Shown here: piece after piece, positions 32,023 to 41,173 of the stretch | Layout of the letters: the number at the start of each line of letters is the position of its first letter | How positions within the stretch are numbered: position 1 is the first letter of the stretch | IMG/VR virus record: IMGVR_UViG_3300042888_001738 | Span: 65,812-129,811 of that record | Origin: a virus | DNA length: 64,000 nt | Reading direction: 5' to 3' (one strand) | Notes under the pieces: model-generated | The model's input: the letters and a program-made list of their open reading frames with translations, nothing else | Database searches by the model: none | What the model was told of the DNA's origin: nothing | Made by a program: the position numbers and the translations under genes

Positions 32023-34104
32023 ATGGTAGAAAATTGTTATATACTTTATTCCTGTGATGGAAGTTATGATCCTATAGTATCTAATTATAGTGGTTTAAGT
32101 GCTTATTCATCTTCTTTTGTGACGATTGAAACTGATAGTCCATCAGTATCTGGTGATACATGTTATTATGTGTTAGATATTGGAGTTGTTGATTGTGACC
32201 CAACTTATAATGTTACGGGAGCAACGAGTGGATGTAGTTGTCAGTGTTTTTGTTATCTAATCAAATCTGTAAGTACAACAACAGATGTTACCTATGTTAA
32301 TTGTGACAATGAAATAGTTGTTGATACAATAGTTGACGGAGTTACTTACAATATATGTAGTAAGGTATACCCACAATTCGACGTTCAAACACAAATCCCA
32401 ATTAAACTTACCGATATTTGTGTAGACAATCAGTGTCCCTCATCAATACCAACAGTAAAACCTACTAATGAATGTGATGTAATCACAATTTTCCCTATGG
32501 GTGTTACTTGTTCTGTTTTACAACCAACGAGTGATCTTACTTTTGATGGTGCCGCAACTTTAATTATTACAGGTGGAACTCCACCTTATACGGTAGCTTG
32601 GGATTCAGGTAGTTATGCACCAGCACTTATTAACTTAGGTATTGGAGAATATAAAGCAACCGTGACCGATTATTATAATGATTTTACAGCATTTACTAAA
32701 TGTGTATTGACCGCAGAAACAACAACATTCTCAGGTATGTGTTTTGTTGTTTCAGGTTTGGTCGAAGATAACCTAACTTATATATCAACCAATAGTTTAG
32801 GTTTAAAAAATGGTAAACCTTATTATAAACTACAGAACGGAACTACGGTATTGGGTTATGTATTTTGGAGCCAAGCTCAAGGACTTTGGATTTTCTGTGA
32901 AAGTTTGGATTGTCAGGGATCATTCTACCAATCATTAAATAATAGTGGTTATTTATATCCTTCAGGTGATACGTGGAATGTTAGTGGTAGTACTTCATAT
33001 TATATTGAAGAGTCTTACCCTGGTAATTGTAATATACCATTCATACCAAAATCAGGTAGTTCTTTATGTGTAACCTTTGTTAATAGAAGTGAAGATGCTG
33101 ACCTACCTGACACCGTAACAAATGTGGACATGGACCCAAGTGCCGATATCAACGGACAAATGAGTTGGACATCATCAACAGGTCAATATGTGATTTATTG
33201 GAATACAGGGTCAACACCTTCTCAGTGGACTTTCACAGGATATTCTAACCCATCTGTCTTAATTACAAGTAATGATCCATCTGATCCACCAATTAGTAAC
33301 TGGCAAGTTTTTGGTGCACCTGAAATATCAAGCTTTAGTGTTGTGGAAGGAAGTTGTTCTTCGTCTTATACAATATCCGTAAATGCTGTTGCGAATAGAT
33401 CGAGTTGTAATGTAAATAACGGTAGTATTACCGTAGTTGCAAATGGAGGACAAGCACCTTACCAATATTCAATCAACGCAGGATTCACTTATCAATCATC
33501 ACCAATATTTAATGGGTTGGGTCCAGGTAACTACACAGTTTTTGTTCAAGATTCCAATTCAGTTGTAGGTGTTTTTAATGGTAATACAATAGTATATGCA
33601 AACTTACCAACAACATATAATCTTACACTTAGTGTGAATTATGTAACAAATTTATTCACCATAACCGCACCAACATTACCACCGGGGGTTACGATCACAT
33701 TTGATTTAGTACAATCCTCTAATTTCAGTTATTATCCATCAACACTATCACCGATACCAACATATAACAACATAACTACAATTACAGGTGTAGGAACAAT
33801 GCCCCTAACGAACACAAACTCAAACACATATCCACTTGGTGGACCATGTTCTGCTGGAGGTGCGATAACAGTTACACAACAAACCAAAACCTATCAGAGT
33901 ACAATTACCATGACAAGTAATCAAGTGATAACAGGATCAGTTAGTAATACTATTTCAAATAACCCAACTGGACCATGTCAAGATACCGCCGGTTACTATC
34001 AATTGTTAATTACAAATAATGGTATAAACAATTTCGCTAACCAATGTGATTGTTGTGTATTAAACGTAATAAACCCACCATTACCTGAAATCCAAGTTTT
34101 ATAA
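32023..34104 (+). CDS. Cys-rich tail appendage protein with SprB-like repeats
   Basis: ITGGTPPYTVAW and NGSITVVANGGQAPYQYSIN...FNGLGPGNYTVFVQDS; many Cys; TATTTAT at 32011-32017. Confidence 0.72.
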   Translation: MVENCYILYSCDGSYDPIVSNYSGLSAYSSSFVTIETDSPSVSGDTCYYVLDIGVVDCDPTYNVTGATSGCSCQCFCYLIKSVSTTTDVTYVNCDNEIVVDTIVDGVTYNICSKVYPQFDVQTQIPIKLTDICVDNQCPSSIPTVKPTNECDVITIFPMGVTCSVLQPTSDLTFDGAATLIITGGTPPYTVAWDSGSYAPALINLGIGEYKATVTDYYNDFTAFTKCVLTAETTTFSGMCFVVSGLVEDNLTYISTNSLGLKNGKPYYKLQNGTTVLGYVFWSQAQGLWIFCESLDCQGSFYQSLNNSGYLYPSGDTWNVSGSTSYYIEESYPGNCNIPFIPKSGSSLCVTFVNRSEDADLPDTVTNVDMDPSADINGQMSWTSSTGQYVIYWNTGSTPSQWTFTGYSNPSVLITSNDPSDPPISNWQVFGAPEISSFSVVEGSCSSSYTISVNAVANRSSCNVNNGSITVVANGGQAPYQYSINAGFTYQSSPIFNGLGPGNYTVFVQDSNSVVGVFNGNTIVYANLPTTYNLTLSVNYVTNLFTITAPTLPPGVTITFDLVQSSNFSYYPSTLSPIPTYNNITTITGVGTMPLTNTNSNTYPLGGPCSAGGAITVTQQTKTYQSTITMTSNQVITGSVSNTISNNPTGPCQDTAGYYQLLITNNGINNFANQCDCCVLNVINPPLPEIQVL

Positions 34105-34132
34105 TTTGAATATTAGAATATTTATCATTTAA

Positions 34133-36631
34133 ATGGCATACATAATTAAAAATACGTCAGGATTAGTTAACACTCGTGTTACTGATACAGGTAGACAAAG
34201 ACTATCTGAAGGTAATTTTAGGATTACATATTTTGCTTTGGGTGATAGTGAGGTTTCATATAACAAACTTCCTAACACTTATAATCAGGTAAATACGGTT
34301 ATTTTAGAACCTGAATTTAATGCTCAGAATAGTTCTGGAGTTCCTGAATCTAACAGACAATATGTTAAGTATCCTTATTTAGTTGATGAGGGTCAAACAA
34401 ATATATATGGAATTCCTTTTATGGATTCGGGTATTGAGTCTGTTTATAACAGAGCGGCAATGAGAGGATTTTTCACGGGTAATACAACAGCGTCTACGGT
34501 AAATTGGAGTGCACTTGTGAACAATAGTTATGTGGTTACACCTAACTATGTTGTAAACATGTCAACCCTAAATGGTACGAATGAAATTACAGTACAGAGA
34601 ATGGATTGTAATTCGCAAAACGATAATACACCTAGTGTAGGAGATTTCATAACGATTTACTATGATGGTAGAGCAATGACAGATTGTTCTTGTTCTAATT
34701 TCCCAACACCAACACCAAGCGCTTCTGTAGGTCAAACACCAACACCAACGCCAACACCAAGCTCAACAAACGGTAATCCTTGTGCTTCGCCAACACCGAC
34801 GCCAACACCTACTAAAACACCTTGTCTAACACCATCAAATACACCACAATGTCCTGTATTACCACCACCTGATTGTTTAAAGAATGTGGTGAGTTGTTTC
34901 TCAATTCTAACCTATAGAATTGTTGCGGTTTGTGGTGACGTATTAACATTGGATAGAACAACACCTGACTTTACAGACTTAGCATCTGATTGTTATGGTA
35001 GAACATTAATCTATCCACCACAAATGGTACCATTATATGATAGTTTTACACCTGAACCACATTGGGCACAAAGTGTGATTGATTTTGAATCTGTTTGTGA
35101 TACCGATCAATTTGATGTTAAAATTTGGAATATGAATATTCCTTGGACCGAGAGTCCGGCAGGATTGAATTCTAACACATACCAAGATTATACTAAATTT
35201 GGTTCAGTTAATTATATAGGTCAAAAAGAATACTTTGGTTATACAACCTCAAATGCTCAAACATCTACAGATTCTGTATATTATTATAACTCTTTTGGTG
35301 AAAAAACTGTTGTTACACCTGAAAACCAAAAGGCAATTGCAATTATCCATTACACTAATCAAACTATTGATTTCTTCTATGGTGAAAAATTTGCGTTAGA
35401 ACCTTACGACGCTCAAAATGCCGATAATACACAAGGTCAAGCGAGAAACTTCAAATTACACATACCAACGTTAATGTGGCATAAAAACCCTGAATGTTGT
35501 TACGGACAAACTTTTTGGGTTGATCCTCCAGGGTTCGATGGTAAAAACCTATTCCAAGTACAATATATTAAATCAAGTATTTCGGATAATATGAACCAAC
35601 CTGGTATGAGATATTATAATCTTTGGGACACATTTGCACAACCAAACGGATTACCAAGTAGAATTGGTAAAGTATTTCCTGACTCTAAATTGATCATTAT
35701 TGATGATGAGGAAATTGTTGCGGCACTTTCATATAAAGCAAACAGAAACTGGACTTTACCAGCACCACAGGTTTCATTAATCACACCAAACACTTGCGGG
35801 GTTTCAAATACTACAGGGGTTTTAACGGGAGGTGCAGAAACACTATGGGTAACATATAGATTATCTAATACGACAACATTTACAAATTCTTTACATAGTA
35901 ATTATTATACAAGTGTTGTTGGTACCGCTAATGTTTGTACACCAGATACTCCACAGAACGTGGCAGTAAGATTTGGTGGTGAGTTTAATTGTTTAGTGCA
36001 ACCAGGATTTAGTCCTACCACTACAACAACAACTATGTCACCAACCACAACAACAACAACTTTAAATCCTATAACAACCACAACAACAACTTCTTGTCCT
36101 CTTTGTGTCGTACCTGCTGGATTCTACGCAACACAGTTCCAAGTCTTGGCTCAAAAAACGGTTGCAGGACAAAGACCCGATCCGTCATTATGGAAACTAA
36201 TTGATTTTACAGATCAAATTAGTGGTATGTTTATTAATGGTTATGTGACACAAGAGTCTTTAACGGCATCTACATTCGTAGTAACTGCAGAAAATTATAG
36301 TTCGGCACCTTATTATAACCTAAACAACTACATCCAACTACCACAAAATGGTGCAACAGGACAACAATTAAACTTCGGAGACGAATATTATTTCTATGGT
36401 AATTTGGAAACAGATATCCAAGCAACCATTTACGAAATGAAATATAAGATCAACTTAAGTTTTAATGAGTTCTTGGTATCACAGAACCCAACATGGACAC
36501 CTGGTACACCATCTTACGTTACGGAAATTGCATTGTTAGACGATAACCAAGATATTTTGGTGATGTCTAAACTACAATCACCGGTATTAAGGCAAGGTAT
36601 TCAACAATACGTTGTGAAGTTAGATTTCTAA
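34133..36631 (+). CDS. tail-collar/fibre attachment-like structural protein with Pro-Thr and poly-Thr mucin-like inserts
   Basis: N-terminal TDTGRQRL...ITYFALGD and C-terminal YVTEIALLD...LVMSKL resemble the two halves of a tail-collar fibre (DUF3751-like) domain; PTPTP and T-runs inside; TATTTAT at 34119-34125. Confidence 0.65.
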   Translation: MAYIIKNTSGLVNTRVTDTGRQRLSEGNFRITYFALGDSEVSYNKLPNTYNQVNTVILEPEFNAQNSSGVPESNRQYVKYPYLVDEGQTNIYGIPFMDSGIESVYNRAAMRGFFTGNTTASTVNWSALVNNSYVVTPNYVVNMSTLNGTNEITVQRMDCNSQNDNTPSVGDFITIYYDGRAMTDCSCSNFPTPTPSASVGQTPTPTPTPSSTNGNPCASPTPTPTPTKTPCLTPSNTPQCPVLPPPDCLKNVVSCFSILTYRIVAVCGDVLTLDRTTPDFTDLASDCYGRTLIYPPQMVPLYDSFTPEPHWAQSVIDFESVCDTDQFDVKIWNMNIPWTESPAGLNSNTYQDYTKFGSVNYIGQKEYFGYTTSNAQTSTDSVYYYNSFGEKTVVTPENQKAIAIIHYTNQTIDFFYGEKFALEPYDAQNADNTQGQARNFKLHIPTLMWHKNPECCYGQTFWVDPPGFDGKNLFQVQYIKSSISDNMNQPGMRYYNLWDTFAQPNGLPSRIGKVFPDSKLIIIDDEEIVAALSYKANRNWTLPAPQVSLITPNTCGVSNTTGVLTGGAETLWVTYRLSNTTTFTNSLHSNYYTSVVGTANVCTPDTPQNVAVRFGGEFNCLVQPGFSPTTTTTTMSPTTTTTTLNPITTTTTTSCPLCVVPAGFYATQFQVLAQKTVAGQRPDPSLWKLIDFTDQISGMFINGYVTQESLTASTFVVTAENYSSAPYYNLNNYIQLPQNGATGQQLNFGDEYYFYGNLETDIQATIYEMKYKINLSFNEFLVSQNPTWTPGTPSYVTEIALLDDNQDILVMSKLQSPVLRQGIQQYVVKLDF

Positions 36632-36685
36632 TAAAACTACAATTTTTATTGTTTTAGGTTATTATAAAATAAAACATTATTGTTT

Positions 36686-37294
36686 ATGGCAAAAAATTTA
36701 AAAAACTCACCTAAAGTTTTAGGTTTGGACGTATCCACAAGAACGATAGGATGGGCTTTATTTGATATTAAGACCCAAGAATTATTAGAATTAACTCACA
36801 TATCACCAAGACCTAAAATGGATAAAGGTGAGGATGATAAACTAAAGGAGTTATTATTAAAATCAGAGGTATTTGCCGAAAAACTCAAACAATATAAAGA
36901 TTTAGGTATTGTGAGAGTTGTAATCGAAGAACCATTATTAAACTCTAATAATATTTACACAATCCAAACACTATTGAGATTTAATAGTTTTATCTTTAAA
37001 GAGATATATAATATTTTGGGTATTGTACCTGAATTCATTTCAACGTACAACTCAAGAAAGTTTGCATTTCCCGATTTAGTACAAGAAAATGATAAGAAAA
37101 AGTTTGTCTTATTTGGAGGATTTCCAAAAGATGCGGATAAGAAAATGATTATTTGGGAAAAGGTTGCGAAGAAAGAACCTCAAATTAAATGGTTATACAC
37201 TAAAAATAATACCCTTAAAAAAGAAAATTTTGATCAGACCGATGCTTATACCTGTGTGTTAGGATTTATGAGATATAAAGAAATTTGGTCTTAA
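36686..37294 (+). CDS. ruvC: RuvC-like Holliday junction resolvase
   Basis: VLGLDVST..IGW, VVIEEP and FDQTDA acidic catalytic motifs; ATG at 36686 preferred over TTG at 36680. Confidence 0.75.
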   Translation: MAKNLKNSPKVLGLDVSTRTIGWALFDIKTQELLELTHISPRPKMDKGEDDKLKELLLKSEVFAEKLKQYKDLGIVRVVIEEPLLNSNNIYTIQTLLRFNSFIFKEIYNILGIVPEFISTYNSRKFAFPDLVQENDKKKFVLFGGFPKDADKKMIIWEKVAKKEPQIKWLYTKNNTLKKENFDQTDAYTCVLGFMRYKEIWS

Positions 37295-37319
37295 TATCGT
37301 TTAATATACCGATAATTTG

Positions 37320-37351
37320 AAATATCGTCTTTATAGACGATATTTTTTTTT
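37320..37351. terminator. terminator hairpin between convergent genes
   Basis: AAATATCGTCT/AGACGATATTT stem followed by a T-run on the plus strand. Confidence 0.75.
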
Positions 37352-38645
37352 ATAAACAAGCCGAACCAACAGGTGTAATTGTGATGTTAGGTGATGTAGT
37401 TGTAGGTACAACTGATGCACAAATTATACTTGATGAAAATGCCGGTATACCCTGAGTTTGAGCTCCGTTACAGTTTGTGTAGTTAAATTTAAATAAAGTA
37501 GGGCTTTGATTATTTACGATGTATTGTAATAATATACAAGGTGTTGAACTCGGTGTTGGTGTAGGTGTGGTTGTTGGTGTTGGTGTTGGTGTTGCGGTTA
37601 AGTTAGGTATACAATTTAAACACGCTCCGTCAACAGACGCACCAATCTCAGTAGTTAATGATATGGTATCATTACCACTTATATTTTCAAACAAACCTTC
37701 ATAAACAACACAATACCCCTGACCATTAATCGTTGCATTATAAACGTAACCTTCTTTAGGTGATGTGGTTCCAGATACTAAAACAATACCTGATGTGAAG
37801 TAATCTATACCTGTAAAACAATCTTTAAATTTCTTACTATTTGCACACTCAAGAATTTCGGAGAATGCATTGAAGATAACTTCACCTGAGAAATTACAAG
37901 GTCTTGTAACTACTGGTGATGGTGAAGGTGTTGGAGTCATTGTTGGTGTTGGAGTTGGTGTATAACCACTAGCCGTTGCTAATAATGAAACCCCACCACA
38001 TGGGTTAGAAGATGTTGGTGTAGGTGTTGGTGTTGGTGTTGCAGTACTTGTAGGTGTTGGTGTTGGTGTTGAAGGGACTAAACAATCAAAAATTGCGTCA
38101 AAATTAAAAGTGGCACAAGGATCAACAGGTGGTGCCGGAGGTGTTACACATAACCCCGGATAACCAACTGTTATATCAAAATCAGGTTCAGAACTCGTAC
38201 TCCCAAACGTACCAAATTGAATACACGGTGAACCTACAGCGTTAGACAAACACCACCTACTTTCTACAGTAGAATAATAAATACAAGTACTATTTGTTAT
38301 TGAAGTATAAACAGGATAAGTGTCTTGAACACCAACCATCTGATATTGACCGTTATATCCTGGTTCATTTTGTATACAATATTGAATACCACCTGTAGTA
38401 CAACCCGACATATTACTCACATAATACTGGCTAAAAAGAAAAGAAAATTCTATAACTACATTACCGTTTGAATAAAATCCTGTCGATATTATATCTGCCG
38501 GATTAGCACAACTTGACCCACTATAAAGAGTTTGGGGTGTTGCAAAGAAATAATTATCCCCATATAAAGTTATGTTTGGTGTTTCATTACACAACCCAGT
38601 TGACGTACCACTATAAACCCAAAGACCTAAATTATTACAAGCCAT
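37350..38645 (-). CDS. Cys-rich, Pro-Thr-repeat putative tail appendage protein
   Basis: Three PTPTPT tracts and many Cys; composition matches the other appendage proteins. Confidence 0.75.
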   Translation of the reverse strand: MACNNLGLWVYSGTSTGLCNETPNITLYGDNYFFATPQTLYSGSSCANPADIISTGFYSNGNVVIEFSFLFSQYYVSNMSGCTTGGIQYCIQNEPGYNGQYQMVGVQDTYPVYTSITNSTCIYYSTVESRWCLSNAVGSPCIQFGTFGSTSSEPDFDITVGYPGLCVTPPAPPVDPCATFNFDAIFDCLVPSTPTPTPTSTATPTPTPTPTSSNPCGGVSLLATASGYTPTPTPTMTPTPSPSPVVTRPCNFSGEVIFNAFSEILECANSKKFKDCFTGIDYFTSGIVLVSGTTSPKEGYVYNATINGQGYCVVYEGLFENISGNDTISLTTEIGASVDGACLNCIPNLTATPTPTPTTTPTPTPSSTPCILLQYIVNNQSPTLFKFNYTNCNGAQTQGIPAFSSSIICASVVPTTTSPNITITPVGSACL

Positions 38646-38646
38646 A

Positions 38647-38868
38647 TTATATTACAACATTTGTTTCGATAATGCAATTGTTATTATCAATCACCTTAAT
38701 TCCTACCGAAGCCATTCCTTCTTGAATAAATGGTAAATCAAAACTATAAGGTACCTGACCCGAGGTTATTGTTGAGATATAAATACAATTTGTGTATCCT
38801 GTATCACAAGAATAAACATCAAATGGTTGTGCTCCCGTTAAAGTTGAAATAGTGATTTGTGTTGGCAT
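38647..38868 (-). CDS. small structural protein, paralog of 27986..28282
   Basis: MPTQITI...PF...CD....NCIY...FDLP...IDNNNC; TATTTAT on the minus strand at 38876-38882. Confidence 0.75.
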   Translation of the reverse strand: MPTQITISTLTGAQPFDVYSCDTGYTNCIYISTITSGQVPYSFDLPFIQEGMASVGIKVIDNNNCIIETNVVI

Positions 38869-38907
38869 ATCAACAATAAATATAAAAGAACCCGAAAGTT
38901 TGTGTAG

Positions 38908-38936
38908 TTGATGTATTGAAAGTTTATGTTTATATT
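38908..38936 (+). promoter_or_regulatory. sigma70-like promoter TTGATG-N17-TATATT; probably leaderless primase mRNA
   Basis: 17-nt spacer; the ATG lies 7 nt after the -10 box. Confidence 0.55.
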
Positions 38937-38943
38937 ATAGGGG

Positions 38944-39843
38944 ATGGATGAAAATGAAGCGTTAGTTGAGTTATTAGAGGAAGTTCTTGGTGATCACGGG
39001 CTCCATTACCCCAACCGTGGACAAATTTCTTTCAACTGTCCCGTATGTGATGAGGACCGGAATAAACACAACTTGGAGGTTAACTACATAGATAATGTCT
39101 ATAAGTGTTGGGCTTGCGGTGATAGTGAAGGAACTCACGGATCTTTGGGTAAGATATTCGACAAATACGGAAACAGAAAACAAAAGAAACTTTATACCGT
39201 CCTAAAACCCGAAACCGTTGTCAAACGAGAAAAAAAGAAAAAAACCCTTAAACTCCCCGACTCATTCACCCTGTTCAAAGAATCAAGTCCGGTATATCCT
39301 GTTAGAAGACAAGCTATAAATTACCTACATAATCGGGGAATTTCCGATTATATGATTGAAAAATATCAAATTGGATTTTGTGATAAAGGTGATCACGCTG
39401 GTCGTATTGTCGTACCATCATACGATAAAAATGGTGAACTGAATTATTATATCGCAAGAAGTTGGAACCCAATGTCTCGAGCAAAATATAAAAACCCTGA
39501 AGCAGAAAAAGATAAGATCATCTTTTGGGAGAATCTTATTGATTGGGATAAAGATATTTTTTTAGTTGAGGGTGCCTTTGATGGGTTGTTTTTAGATAAT
39601 GCGATACCTATGTTAGGTAAACACATGTCGGAACTTCTTTTTGAAACGATCTATAAAAAAGTGAAAGGTAACATTACTATTTGTTTGGATGCTGACGCTT
39701 GGCAAAACGCGGTTAAACTCTATCACGAATTAAATGGAGGTGAATTGTGGGGTAGAATCAAATTAGTTAAACTACCCGACGATAAGGATATTGCCGACCT
39801 TAGAGGCGAAATAAAAGATGAATATTATCATATTATAAAATAA
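38944..39843 (+). CDS. dnaG: DNA primase (Zn finger + TOPRIM)
   Basis: CPVC...CWAC zinc finger, YLHNRGI, GRIVVP, KYKNP, VEGAFD and CLDADA motifs. Confidence 0.88.
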   Translation: MDENEALVELLEEVLGDHGLHYPNRGQISFNCPVCDEDRNKHNLEVNYIDNVYKCWACGDSEGTHGSLGKIFDKYGNRKQKKLYTVLKPETVVKREKKKKTLKLPDSFTLFKESSPVYPVRRQAINYLHNRGISDYMIEKYQIGFCDKGDHAGRIVVPSYDKNGELNYYIARSWNPMSRAKYKNPEAEKDKIIFWENLIDWDKDIFLVEGAFDGLFLDNAIPMLGKHMSELLFETIYKKVKGNITICLDADAWQNAVKLYHELNGGELWGRIKLVKLPDDKDIADLRGEIKDEYYHIIK

Positions 39844-40706
39844 TGGATTTAGTAAAAATATCACAAGAGATAAGAGACATTATCTCACAGAAACAAAAAG
39901 AATTCCAACTAACCTTTGAGGAGGAAAGTCATAAATATACGATGTTAGATGTTAATGGTAATCTAAAAAGTGATTTTCCATCGGTATCTAAAGTAATGAA
40001 AATATTTTACGAGGAGTTCCCAACCGAACAAGTCGCTTATAACAAAGCAGGTGGTGATCCTGATGAGGCAGAAAGACTAATGGAAGAATGGGCTGAATCG
40101 GGTAGAAAATCGACAAACTTAGGATCAAGGTGTCACTACTTTTTAGAGGAACATACCCTCAAAGAGTTTGGTATTGAAAAAGTTGTTCGTCAACCAATAT
40201 TTGATTGTGATGCCGAACAGATCATCAAGAGTGACACGATGATCATCGCTGGAAAACGATACATCGAACTATTAAAATCAAGAGGATGTGTATTGATCGA
40301 TACGGAGATGGTGTTAGGTCATCCTGAATTGGAATATACGGGACAACCCGATAAGGTATGGTTAGTTGTTGGAACTAATGGTAATCTTGGTATTCTAATA
40401 ACAGATTGGAAATCAAATAAACCAAAGAACTTTGCGGTTACTCGATACACCAAAAAAATGAAACAACCATTTGAGGATTTACCTGACAATGCTCTTGGTC
40501 ACTACAACACTCAATTACCTTTTTATGGTAAATTATTATTAAAAATGTTAGAAGGAACTAAGTACGAAAACATACAACTATTAGGGTGTATTGTCGTTTT
40601 AATAACAGATGAAAGAGAATACCATGAATATCGTGTCTCTAAAAAAACAATCAATACCATTTTAGAAATGGATATGAAACAATATTTGACTAAACTTAAA
40701 AAATAA
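39843..40706 (+). CDS. PD-(D/E)xK family exonuclease
   Basis: SVSKV, G...H, E...GQPD...ITDWKS and Y..QL..Y motifs. Confidence 0.75.
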   Translation: MDLVKISQEIRDIISQKQKEFQLTFEEESHKYTMLDVNGNLKSDFPSVSKVMKIFYEEFPTEQVAYNKAGGDPDEAERLMEEWAESGRKSTNLGSRCHYFLEEHTLKEFGIEKVVRQPIFDCDAEQIIKSDTMIIAGKRYIELLKSRGCVLIDTEMVLGHPELEYTGQPDKVWLVVGTNGNLGILITDWKSNKPKNFAVTRYTKKMKQPFEDLPDNALGHYNTQLPFYGKLLLKMLEGTKYENIQLLGCIVVLITDEREYHEYRVSKKTINTILEMDMKQYLTKLKK

Positions 40707-40714
40707 ACTATAAT
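40686..40714 (+). promoter_or_regulatory. sigma70-consensus promoter TTGACT-N17-TATAAT
   Basis: TTGACT at 40686-40691 and TATAAT at 40709-40714; ATG 5 nt later. Confidence 0.8.
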
Positions 40715-40719
40715 TCAGT

Positions 40720-40812
40720 ATGGAAGTTACAATTACGCCCATTTGGGTCACAACAACAAGTTGGGATCACCAAATACCTTTTGAAATAAACGTAAATTAT
40801 ATTATAAAATGA
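40720..40812 (+). CDS. 30-aa leaderless small ORF (MEVTITPIWVTTTSWDHQIPFEINVNYIIK)
   Basis: Not in the ORF track; starts right after the promoter; its TGA overlaps the next ATG (ATGA). Confidence 0.55.
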   Translation: MEVTITPIWVTTTSWDHQIPFEINVNYIIK

Positions 40813-41027
40813 GTGATGATATCATAAGACCAAAGATTGACCTACGTCAACAAGCAACAATTAAATGCGAAAAGTGTGAGTCAAAGTTCTTCAAGGAAGT
40901 GACCATGTTGAAGAAAGTCCCTAAATTATTAACAGGAAGTGCTGAAGACACAATCGTTCCATTCCCTACATATATGTGTAATGACTGTGGACATGTGAAT
41001 GAAGACTTCGAATTATTCTTAGACTAA
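40809..41027 (+). CDS. small zinc-ribbon protein
   Basis: CEKC...CNDC. Confidence 0.75.
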   Translation: MSDDIIRPKIDLRQQATIKCEKCESKFFKEVTMLKKVPKLLTGSAEDTIVPFPTYMCNDCGHVNEDFELFLD

Positions 41028-41173
41028 TGGAAATTGGTAAAATGAAAATAAGTGAAGCGGAGCCATATTTGGAAAGTATTGCTCTACTTTACGGATTAAA
41101 ACTAAACAAAGTTAAACACTTTAAGTTCGCAAGAATGATCCTTGCAACTTTATATTGTAGAGAAACAGCATGA
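41027..41173 (+). CDS. 48-aa hypothetical protein (MEIGKMKISEAEPYL...CRETA)
   Basis: Not in the ORF track; TAATG-coupled upstream and ATGA-coupled downstream. Confidence 0.65.
   Translation: MEIGKMKISEAEPYLESIALLYGLKLNKVKHFKFARMILATLYCRETA

Noticed and set aside
36686-37294. TnpB/Cas12-like RuvC nuclease
   Set aside because: Only about 200 aa, a stand-alone RuvC fold with no Zn finger, REC/WED region or adjacent non-coding RNA space.
39843-40706. Cas4 / CRISPR adaptation gene
   Set aside because: It has a PD-(D/E)xK core but lacks the C-terminal Fe-S cysteine cluster and any CRISPR context.
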